DNA from: Tubiluchus corallicola
Taxonomy: Eukaryota > Animalia > Priapulida
Assembly (NCBI GenBank): GCA_030141605.1
Contig: JAQGDQ010001396.1
Span: 1 to 42,729, forward strand
Reading direction: 5' to 3'
DNA: 42,729 nt
Shown: piece after piece, positions 27,101 through 39,100 of the stretch
Layout of the letters: each line of letters starts with the position of its first letter
Position numbering within the stretch: position 1 is the stretch's first letter
Translations under genes and position numbers: made by a program
The notes under the pieces: model-generated
What the model saw: the letters and a program-made list of their open reading frames with translations, nothing else
Databases searched by the model: none
What the model was told of the DNA's origin: nothing

Positions 27101-30100
27101 AAGTCTTCCCATTTACTAGATACAAACATATTTGTACCTGTGTGTCATGTTTTTTGCCAAATGAATATCGGAAGATTCAAGATTCCTTACCTTAGAGAAA
27201 TGCTAGTTTTTGTTAAGGCAACAGACGTGCAAGATCCCTCGATGAGTAGAAACTGTATTGGTAGAGATCCCTTGCATTGTAAAGACTGCGGGATATCCCT
27301 GTTAGTTTTTTTTATATTATTTCTTCTTATTAGTTTAGTTTTCAACTGTAATACTAGGCATTAGATCTATCTACATCTGAGAGCTACATTTTATTTGCTA
27401 CAGTTTGAATGATCATTTTATCCAGGACCAGATTAAGATATGTTTTATAATTGCTTATTCATGCGTATATCTGAGTGATATCAACCACTGCGCAAAGCTG
27501 CGGCTCTAAGCTTACACCATGATTTTGCAAAATAAAACCAGTTTTACTTTTTTTAACAAATTATCAGTATACAGGAAACAGGTTTGTCAAAAACGTAAAA
27601 TTGCTAAAATTGCAGTTGCTACTGTAAACATGACCATTTCTTCCAAAACAGTACATATTTGTTGACAATTTTTAGGCCAAACAGTTGCAACTTACAGAAA
27701 ACATTGTAATGCTAGAGTTTTTTGCACTGCCAAAATTTTGGCCCACCATGGCACTCAAAGGTCATCAGGAAATGTCTCAATCATATCGAATAATATATCA
27801 AATTAAAGCTTGGGGTGAGGCGGGTTTTGACACTAACAAATGTTGGCCCACCTGGGGTCACCTAAAGTCCATCTACAGGGACCATTTCTGCCAAAACAGA
27901 TGAAGTACATATTCTTTGACAATTTTAAGGCCAAACAGATGCAGTATACAGAAAACATTGTAACGCTAGAGTTTTTCACACTGCCAAAATTTTAGCCCAC
28001 CTGGGGTCACCCAAACGTCATCTACAGGAAATGTCTCAATCATACTGAGCAGTATATCAAGTTAAAGCTTAGGTTGAGATGGGTTTGACACTGCCCATTT
28101 TGGCCCAACTGGGGTCACCTAAATGGTATCTACAGGGAATGTGTCAAACATGTTGTGTAAAATATTAAAATAAAGCTTATGCCGAGGTGGTTTGACAGGG
28201 TTCATTAAAACATCGAGCATCGTTGACAAATGACTTAATTTTCTTTATTTTGCCAAAACCGTTTGTCCTTCGTAGTAGATTTTTGGCGTGTAGTAACCTT
28301 TGCATGCAATAATGATAAGAACTTCAAACGAGTGTACATTTCACTGTTATTTGCTGACCTGCATATATGTAACGCAGTTTATGACTTTTTTGTATTATTA
28401 GAGTATGTACAATAGAATAATAATTTCATTTTGCAACTTCTTGAGACACTGCAAAATTTTGCCTCAGGTGTTGTAATCACCATTTTACATAAGATTATAC
28501 AATTTTTCTTCAGGAGACCTATACCATCATTGATGATCTTGTTGTAATGCAGTTTGGTCCGCTGCAAGCTGAGAGCTAGTATTTAAAAGCAGGGCTTACT
28601 TAAGATGTTACCATGAGATTGAAACTTTTCTCTTTTTTATGCATTTTCTTTTGAAATTAGACGGAACATGTAGCATGTCTTAATCACTTGCAAATGCATA
28701 TACATCTTTACCAAGAAAGTAGCCACGAGCAGTTGGGCAGGCAAAACAATTCAGAAGTAAATACACTAGCTAGTTCTGGCTTTGCGTAACTTTTACTGTG
28801 TAACATGTGCAATGCATGCATAATCACTGTCCCAGTGTTTAATATGAATACTTGAAAGTACGCAATAAAAAAGTTATGCTTTCAGAAGTATAAAAGCTCC
28901 ATTCAATTGGTAACAGCTCCTGTTTACACTAATGTTGTAAACTGCTGGTATTCTCTATCGGAAAGTTTACATTTTACTGCGCTATAAACAACTATACTGT
29001 AAAATATGAAAACCCGAAATGCAAATATTTGCTTATTATTGCATATTTCCAGCATAAAATATTCACGTATAACTTCTTATTTTCAGAAAAAATAAAAATC
29101 TATTCAGTATATATACACCATTTTTGTTGCTGTAGTACAAAAAACTTTTACGTACATACATCCAGTGGAAATAATTGACAAAAACATATTAGTATTGCGA
29201 CAGCAAAAATAAAAAATTTAGCTACAGAAATTGCGACTAGACTAATTCTTAACCTACCTGATTGTAAAACTTTTACAAAAACATAAGATATGGAATTCAC
29301 TTACATGCACACATGGATGTCTTTATAGTTGCAAAAAATGACATATTTATAATACACCGGTAATTAGCTGATGACACGCGTGCTGATCAAAATTCACGAA
29401 AAGATGAGTAGCCCAGTAAGACAAATTATGATAAAAAGATATTCAGTAATTGATTAAATGGTAACTTGCCAAGTTATATGTATCAAAAAATAATGTTTGT
29501 AGGTTTTTATAAATTAGAAAAATCTGCGAACTTTTTACGAACCCTTTAGTTAGAGTTGCTTCATGATTGACTTAGCATCACAGCTGAATTTCTTTGATTG
29601 CATTCTTACTATGTCTGCTTACTTCCAGGCTTATAACTGTTGAAGCTGATACTAAATTTTAAGTCTTGTTTACTTTGAACCTGCACTTCTGCAGCTGTAT
29701 ATGTACTGTGGTCCATGGACATTCATATCCAGTGTTATATGGACCTTGATAAGTACAGTTCATTTGCTAGCACTGGTGAACAAGCAGCACTTTTAGCCAC
29801 TTTAACATGTGAAAACAAAATGGTCACATACCAGTATTTCATATTTAGTGCTACACATTCCAGATAAAATTCTACAAAAATAAAGCTTGTGAGGATCAAA
29901 ATAGGGGTAAAAATTCCATCAAACAATATGCTATCTATGTATCTAACTATCATTTTGTATCACTGAAGAGAATTTCATGACAGCTTACTTTATTGCATGA
30001 CTGCAAGTCATAGCTGGTAACTTTTTAAGCATCCTAACAGTAATAATAACAATAAACAAAAACAGTAGCTGTCACATTTTGAGCATTTATATATCAAATT

Positions 30101-33100
30101 CCATTTAGTCTAAGTTCTGGTATGTCTTCATATCACATTTTCATATTTTGAGCACTGAACCAAACCTGCATGTGCTTAGGCTGGTGCTTTATAAACATCT
30201 TGGCCTTTTGCACTGGAAGGTATTCAAGAATAGCACATTATCTCACTTACACATTAAGCATGCTTATTACACCATCACAATCTCATCCCCTTTCCCATTC
30301 TTTTGGCCTATTTCATATCTACCAAGAAACCATTCTGCTTTTAGAGATTGACTGTCACTTTTTGACAGTGAATTTGTAAGAAATGCTCCACTCTCGCGTC
30401 TTTTAGCGTGTTTCAGTGCCGGACTGCAACTTCCATTTGTTGGAGACTTCACTTTTGTCAATGGAGAGTAACTTTGAGACAAATATTTTCCCATTTGTAG
30501 TGTTGCAGCACTTTGAAATGATTTATCTCCATTTTTGCTGGTATATGCTGGCCAAGGACCTTGCACAGATGGAGCTGGTGATGTTGCTTCAGTTGAGTCA
30601 CCTTTGTCAGCTTGCAGTTCTTCTGCAGAGCATCGTGGAGTTTCAATTGGAATGAGTTTGTGAAAGTCTGAGAAGTCTATCTCATATATTCCTTTTTCTT
30701 TTTCAAATGTCACTAGACTTATAAACTTATGCCCCCAAAATACTTCGTCATTCAGGTATGAAGTTCTGGCTTGCATAGTTTGACCTGTTGTTTCATTAAT
30801 GCCCGCCAGAACCACTATCACTTCAAATATTTGTTCCGAAAAGTCAACAGCAGTCATCTTATAAAAAGGGCTAGTTTCATTTATTATGTGACATATAGTC
30901 ATAGGCCAGCACAGCAATAAGCGGTCGCTTCCCGACCCGAATCCAACGTCTAGCTCATACTGATTCAGAGGTATGACTTCCCCTTCTGGTGTTTTTACCT
31001 TTTGTAGTAATATTGCTCTGATGTGTGCCTCAATTATCTCTGTACGACGCATATCTCCCACTCGAAATTGCAAACTTAAGTGTTCATCAACAACGGAAAT
31101 ACATGCATTTCTACTAAACAGTAAAGTCTGTGCACGTTTGTTAGGCCTTACCACTTTGCTAAACACCATACCAATCACTATACATTGCACCAGCACACCA
31201 GTGATACTCTGAATTGTGAGCACAATTGCACCTATGGGACACTCTTCCGTGACCATTCTGGCACCATACCCAATTGTGTGTTGTGTCTCTAGTGAAAAGA
31301 GGTATGAAGAAGCAAAAGAGTATTGCTCTAGGATGCATGGTTTCCAATTTTCATCTCCAATGTGATCAAAATCACCATGCACATAAGAAATAATGAACCA
31401 TACAATTGCAAAGCCTAGCCATGTACAAATAAATCCTAGTGCAAAGATGAGGATGGTCCAACGCCATTTTAGTTCCAATAAGGTGGTAAATATGTCGCGG
31501 AAATACCGTCGTTTCTGCTTGGACACTCGTTTAGTGGCAGTGTTTAATGTACCATTCTTCCGGACGATCCTGTGACGATGACCGAACATAAACCTAGGAG
31601 GTATGATTCCCACTGGTTTGTTGCCCAGACCAACATCAGCAATAGATTTCCTACCAGTATTGTGAATAGTTGACATCTTTATTATCTAAAATAACATTAC
31701 ATACTGACACTTCTTTTGGTTATGTCTACTGGTATTGGTAGTGCTTGTGTAAATAAGAAACAAAGATAACATTACATTGCTTTATAGCAAGCTGTTTAAG
31801 TTGTGTAAATTAAAAACAAAAGATTACACTGCTTTATGGTAGGCTGCTTAACTGCAATAAAACATTTATATACGGTAAAATGGGTTAATGTGGTTACTAT
31901 TGTGGTATACAGTTAATGTCAAATGATCTTTGGGCTTACTAAAAATTGCAAAGTAATATAGACTCTTTTTTCTTTTTCATTTTTTTATTAGTAAAGGAGA
32001 GGAAAAACGAAGTCTCTTTTACTTTGTTGTTTTTAGTAAAGCCTGAAGACCATTTTCCAGCATTAGCCCATTTTACTTATGTGTTTGCATAAGTTTATGT
32101 CAAGATTATACTGGCAACTTTTTATAATCTTACGTTATAATGTATTCTAAGCTCTCACTTTACATTCTGCATGCTTTTGCCAGTTTTTTATTGCGCTATT
32201 GTTAGCTGCTAAACACCACATAGTTTTGCTTGGACACTTCGTTTTTGTCACTTTGGAGGTGTTTTTAGTTTTCTGCTTTACTTTATTACTCGGAGGCAAA
32301 AATGAATAGCTGTGGGAATCTACTAGCAGGAAATGTACAATGAAAAGGATTACAACCTACTCCTGTTAGTGCAGAAAAAGATTAAAATCGTCAAACTGAA
32401 TAACTCCAAATTTTTAAACTTGTTATAACCTTGTATACTATAACATAGTGATACTTTTTCCAATAACTTAGGGCTAAAAAGATATTCTATTTTTGATTCG
32501 AAGAAAAAATGCAGTATAAGGTACTGGCCCGGTTCGGACATCTCTCGATGTAGTAATCAATGTTTTAAAACTTTTAGACATTCCTTATTAAGATTATTTC
32601 AATTACTAGATTATTACATTTTTTGCGCTCAAAACACTAAGTTATTTTTAGCTTTCTTACCTGAACAAAACAATGTCTGTAGATGGATGTCAGTTGTTCA
32701 ACTGTATGCCTATAAAGTTGTAAATAAACTGTAGACTTGTTTACTCGCCATACATAGTTCATAAACAAGCAAATAACCGTATTCACCTCTGGGCTTTGGC
32801 CTGTAGAAAAGTACTGTACAGCACTTGTTAGCGGATTTGGGATATTGTGTCTGTTGTAAATGTTGCTCAGGTCGGTCAAGCTGAACGGGATCTCGCAAAA
32901 TTGTTCACCCCTTTGTGGAGGTTGGTGAGCGATTCTCTTCACTGCAGCTACGCGTTTTATGTTTTGGAGGCAATTTACTTTAATTCATTACACCATTCAT
33001 TTGCTTTAGGGTAATCCCAAGTCATGACAGTTACACGTTGTTGCGTACATGACGTTAAGCAAAAACAACATAGAAAAATTCTACAAATTAGTAGTTAATA

Positions 33101-36100
33101 TGGTGATAAAATCCACAATGTTAAATTTTGAAAACAAACTCGAATGTGAAAAGTTATAACCATAGTGGCATAGTGGTTATGGCGTCGGCCTTGTAAGCCG
33201 AAGGTCCCTCGTTCAAATCCATCTGTTTTTAACTTTTTTACATTTCCTGTATTTCGAGTTTGGTTTCAGAAGGTAATTAATTGTGGGTTTGTATCATCGT
33301 TAACGATGATCCTGACATTAAGATTATAAATAATTGATGCTTGTATATTAGTCGTTTTTATTAGTTTTTGTGTAATACAAAGGGAGCGTACAGGTTCAAG
33401 TACCAGTCCTGTTTGGAATTATATGTTTTTCAGGTATTTATGGACTGTCCACTGGACACTATAACTTGCAAAATAGTAATGTAAGTTTCCCTCAGGCCTT
33501 CACGTTTTAAATGGCACATCACACAGAATCAAGAAATAAAATATTAATCACATATTTTATAGTACACATGAGATTACCTTTTACCTTATTACTATCGATA
33601 CACCTGTTTGTTCTTTGTACAACGGAGCTCTCAGGTGCAAATAACAACAGTTCTGTAAAGAATTACAGCATGGTTTCATGCATTTATAACTGTCTTTCTG
33701 TGCATTGTAGTGTACAAAATTGTAATGTTCTGCTGCAGTTTACTCTTACCGCCTGATTAAATAAATCCACATGTAATTTGATTTTTTCGAATTTCGAAAA
33801 AGAAGCAGTGTGCACAAGCTGGCCTGACGCCGGGTTAACATTTGAGGTTGAACTATATTTCTTACAACTAAAGACCTACGTCATGACTAATACACCACGC
33901 ACAGTCCTGTGTGGTCAAAAAGGTTTTAATTACACTTACACAATACAGATGGAGATGCAACACAAAATTAGTGTATGGTATATGGCCTGGCATTGGCAAC
34001 CACTTGACTTGATCCCAAGACTGCAACCACTAAATGTGCTTACAATTTGCAGTCTAGACCACTCAGCCACTGAACCCAGGAATTAGTTATAAGTTATTAC
34101 TTAGTACACAGGAATGCTAGATGGGTTGATGAGTTATTAAGGTTGAAATAGGACTTGCCTTGATCACAAGAATTTGTGTGGTCTAGTTGCCATGGCTTTG
34201 ACTTGTAATCCAAAGCTCTCTTGTTCAAATCCAGGTCAGTTATAACGTTTTCACAGTGTCTTACTTTCAATCAATTTTAATTTCAAAAATTTAATTGTGG
34301 GTTTTTATTCCATCATTGATTGACGTACTGAATTTAAAATTTAAAAGAATTCTTAACCCATTGACGGTGGGCTGCATACTATGTCTGAGCAGACGGCTTA
34401 AATCTGTTATCCAGAAAATGTGTTTGCCGGAATTTTTCCCAGAAAATTTTTTTCTTGGGAAATTCGTTTCATAGAATGAACATTTCCCAGAAAGATTATT
34501 TTAACAGCAAAATCACAGTTACCTTTTTTAGTTGCTAAATCTGCTATGTTAGTGGGATAAAGCCTTCGATTTCTCTTTCTCTTTTTGTTTCTCCCTCTTT
34601 ACCTCTCTCCCTGCCTACATTCCTTGATCTTCTTCCTCTTTCCTTTCTTGTCTATCACTTTCTCTCTCTCTCTTTTCCAGGCGCTCTCTCTCTTTCGCTC
34701 TCCTTTCTCCCTCTCTTTCTCTTTCCCTCTTGTTCTCGGCCTCTCTCTTCTCTCTTTCTTTGTGTTTCTGTCTCTCTCTCTCTTTCTCTCTCCTCTCTCT
34801 CATTTTTCTTATTGCTCTTGTCTCACAGCACTTTGACTAATGAATATCGAAAACCAGATTTATTACAATGACTCAATGTCTAAGGGCTTTCAATTGTTTT
34901 TTAAATTTTGTGTTCGAACAATACATGTATTTTATTTTGAAACTTTGTTGCTACAATTCAAGTTTTTTTAGGATAAAATTGCTTTTTGAAAGTAATTTGC
35001 ATTGCATCATTTGCTGCATATAATTACTTCAAAGTCGACTGATTTTCGTAGGATTTGAAATAAAGTTAGTAAATAATAATTATAAAAAATGAAAACGCCA
35101 AGGCTATGCAAACCGCACAGATTTGTTAATATATTGGGTCAACATTTGCTCAACAAATTATTTTCATTCTGAAGATTTTTTACAGATTCTTTTATAACAG
35201 GACCAGATCCTAGTGTATTATGAGGATAATCGTCTGAGATGAATTACTGAACTGGCTGAGATGTTACATTTACATTTGGATGCATGTACATCTCTAAACA
35301 CCAAGAAATAATTTGGATCACAGAAAAATGTCTGCCGAAAAGTGATATTTCTAAGTGGTCTTCAAACAAATCAATTAGCAGGCTTGGCATCGCATAACTT
35401 TGATTATAATAAGCTACTTTTTATTGTGCATTATCTAAAGGGATTTAGTACATTTACTGTGAATTTTATTTTCTATGAAATGACAGTTGCAAGGAAAAAA
35501 ATTCTGCGAAAAAGTTTTTCTGGCAATCGAGTCTACCTCTGAGTAGATATGCACTTGTGTTTCGCTTGAATGGTTTGTATCTCCTGGTTTGAATCTTCAT
35601 TTGCCCTACTATTAGTGGTTGTTTTCTTCGTACAAAGGGTGTATGTCCTCTCTACATCCGAATGTGGCTTATTTTAGAGGATTATTCTTGATGAGTTAGT
35701 TCTTGGCCTTGCGGTGCCATAGAATGAGCCCTGCCTTTGAATGCTGAATCCCACCTTACAGCATGACGTGTGTAAAAATATCTTCCAAGTCCTGTACAGC
35801 ACTAGATTTTTTACTGTACCTAATTAGTATTACTGCCTATAATTTCTCCATATCTCAAGGTCGTATTCTAATGTTCAGCAAGCCCCACTTGAGCATATTA
35901 CTGAAGATTTTTTGTTGGTGCCACTGAAGTACTTTTAAGCAAGCCATTCTTGCTATATTTCCTGGTGATAATTGCAATGTTTTTTTTAAATTTCTATAAT
36001 TTTTTCTTTGGTCTGCTTAGTATGTCTGTTGGCCATTACTTAATCTGGCAAACCTTGTTTTGAGTAAGAAAAGCTTTTAAAACGACAACTTGAAGCATGT

Positions 36101-39100
36101 CCTTTGAACTTAATAATAGTATTTGACACTTGAAGGACATTGCTAGCAGAAACCACAGATAAGGCTTTATGGACCAAGCTAGAGGGACTTTGTGCTATAA
36201 TGTGTGATGGTCTGCCTCATTTTAGTAGCACTGCGTCATTTGGTTCCTCACTTGAAATTCTGTGTCGTATGTTCCTGTGTTAGCTGCAGTATCGACTAGT
36301 TTTCTGATAACCAGTCCATTTGTGTATTTGCAAGAAGTAGGCAAAGCTTTTAAAAAATTATACAAGATGGATAATGATGGAATATTTTTTTCAGGATATC
36401 GAAGTATCTGGGGACCGAACTGACAGTCGTGTTTTGCACATCACTATTCACAAGCAGAATGCATCTCGATATAATCGGGGAACACCCTTGCTTAGTGCAA
36501 AATTTGCTTTCGATGACCACATTCGTTCCATGGCAGCCAAACAACGATTAACTAAAGGAAGAATGAAGGTATGGTAGGAGAGATCTAGTCTCTTTACAAT
36601 AATGGTGGTAGCATAACTGATAATAAAAAGGAATGTGGTTAAAAGATGAATGAAATACTTAAAACTTTCTTTTTTAACAAATTATAAATTTAAATTACAA
36701 ATTTTGCTAGTCACTTTGTCTTTAAATTTTCAGTGAGTTTTGTGTACAGTACTTTGTAATTTTTTGCAGGCTCGTCAACATAAGATGCAGTGTATTGCTC
36801 GTTTACTCGAGTTACCGGGCACTTCACAATCATTTCACCCAGGGTCATTAAATTCTGGGCACCAATCACGCCGTAGGACGTCTACACCAGGTATTATTAG
36901 ACTTTGTAATATCTATTTAAGCATATGCCATTAATTCAGAATCTGAATCCATTCTTTACTACTGTTTAAAAACAGGTGTAGCTAAAACAATGTTATATTA
37001 TTCTGATGGAGTAGAGCTTAAACCAACGTAGCTTTCAACTTGATGAAATATTCATTCTCACAAGGATCTGCAGCAGTGACTAATTTGGCATTTGGTTCTA
37101 ATTATTTTGCATTATATAATTTAATTATATACAGTAGGTGCCGCTTAATAGACTCATTTTGGGACCGACGTGTTTTGACCCAATTAACCAACTGAACCTA
37201 TTAACCGATGGGTGTAGTATTACAGGTATAGAATTGTGAGTCGTCAGCATACTATGCACTGTAAAGGTTTTTAACGAATTTTAGAAACGAAGTAATGCCT
37301 AAATTCCTTTGTGCAGTTAAAAATTAGAAAAAATATTTTGAGATATTAATTTATATAAGTGAATTAGCAATAAATTAAAAAGTATACTTTTCTAAATCAC
37401 AGACTTTTCTAAGTCTCTTTATTTGCAAAAATTACAAAAATTCCTTCAAAGTCGGCTGCTTCATTTTCTTGCGAAGCAATTGGCCCACAAAGTTCTCGTA
37501 ATTATAAAAACGTTGAAAATCTGTTGTTGTGCGTGACTAAAACATTTCTGAATCGTCTGCTCACTTACATTACTCCTATTTGCTGTACAATGTCTGCTCA
37601 TGTAAGTCACAAGGAATGCCGGCTGATTACTGTACCTGCAGCTTTGACTGCTAACTCATTAAGCCCGAATGTGTGATTTGCAACGAAAGCATCAAAAGGA
37701 AACCACTAGGCAAGTGATTAAATGTTCAGCTTCCAGAAATTCTTTGGATAACAGCAGACGAGCGGGTAACAGATTCAATGCAAAACTGCTACGCTAGCGT
37801 ATTAGCGCATGATAAATGTACCTGCTTACAAACAAAATGGTGCTTAACATGATTGTTTCTGCATATATAGCACACAAAAGGGAAGTAAAGATGACATAAA
37901 AGTAGGAAAGGCTCTTTGGGAATGTACAAATGTCTTATTTTAAGTAGGCGAAGAAAAAATATTGAGTCAGTTATGCGGAGTTATTTGAGTCGAGCAATTG
38001 AGTCTACTAAGCGGCGCCTACTGTATATATATTTAGTTTTTTCAGCTTTTGTGTAATCACTAGGTTCATTTGTGTTAGATTGAATGTGCGTTAAGCTTTA
38101 GACATGAAAACTTTAATACTTGCAGCTCTTTAATTCTAGAATTTTTTTAACTTGGGGCTTTAGATGAACTACGTCAGTTAGCTGTATAGTTTGTCACATG
38201 TCAGTTTGTTTATTTGTGTCACACTTCAATCAGTGACTTTATATTTCAGGTGGGCAAGCAACTTCTTCAAAACCATCCAAAGCCCACCCAACATCTCCAA
38301 GGAACGCTGCTGCTCCTACTCACCTACCAACGGTGGGTGTGTCAGGCAGAAAAGAGGTAAAATAATACAACTTTAAATAATACATGTTTAAATAATTATG
38401 TGCTGTATAATATATTTTTGATTTTATACCTTTTTACATTTGTAGCAAATTAATGCTGTAATAGCCACCAAATTACCTTTACTTTTCAGAAAAGATGTTC
38501 TAACATAGAAATTTTGACAACCTTACACTGATTCAGCTATCTGTTATTAGGCTTAAAGATGTTAACTATGAATTGGCAAGTTTTCTTTTCCTGTAATGCA
38601 AGGAATAAGTTATCGAAGATGTTAGTGTTGTTAGTTTTGACTGACAGTAATACATTCCAAGCAGTTCGCCATCTTGTAAAGGCTACAAGTTTGCTTGTTT
38701 AGGCTAAAAACCATTATGTTAGTTATAATAAAAAATTATTTTTATAGCACAGTGAACGTGTTCCAAAGCCAAGTGCTCGACATTCTGCAACAGTACAGAG
38801 TGAGAAAGAGAAGTCGAGATCACGAGATACTTCACCTCAAATATTTGGTCCTTCAGAAGAAATGATACCACTTGAAGACTTTTCCAAGAAAAGACATAGG
38901 AGTGAAGCATCTGGTAGTGGATCGCGTGGTCAGAGTTCATCCCCTGAAGATGGTAAATCACGCAGGAGCTCTTCAGCTAGTCCAAGAGGATGCGTGAGAC
39001 GACCTAGTGGTCCATTGCCGCGAGTAACCCAACGAGCTTCGACGTCTCAGTCACCGGCACGCTCTCGTCCACGTCTTGTCCGTCAAGATTCAGGACCAAA

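Noticed and set aside
30148-31575. Several + strand ORFs overlapping the Kir CDS
   Set aside because: Antisense shadows of the Kir reading frame; none is needed for the CLEC16A splice model.
33161-33235. Possible functional tRNA-Thr(TGT) gene
   Set aside because: The T-arm pairs poorly, the 3' acceptor strand is missing, and it is attached to a repeated tail. It is treated as a SINE head.
34585-34836. Leu/Ser/Phe-rich and Arg/Glu-rich ORFs on opposite strands
   Set aside because: These are translations of the CT/GA tract.
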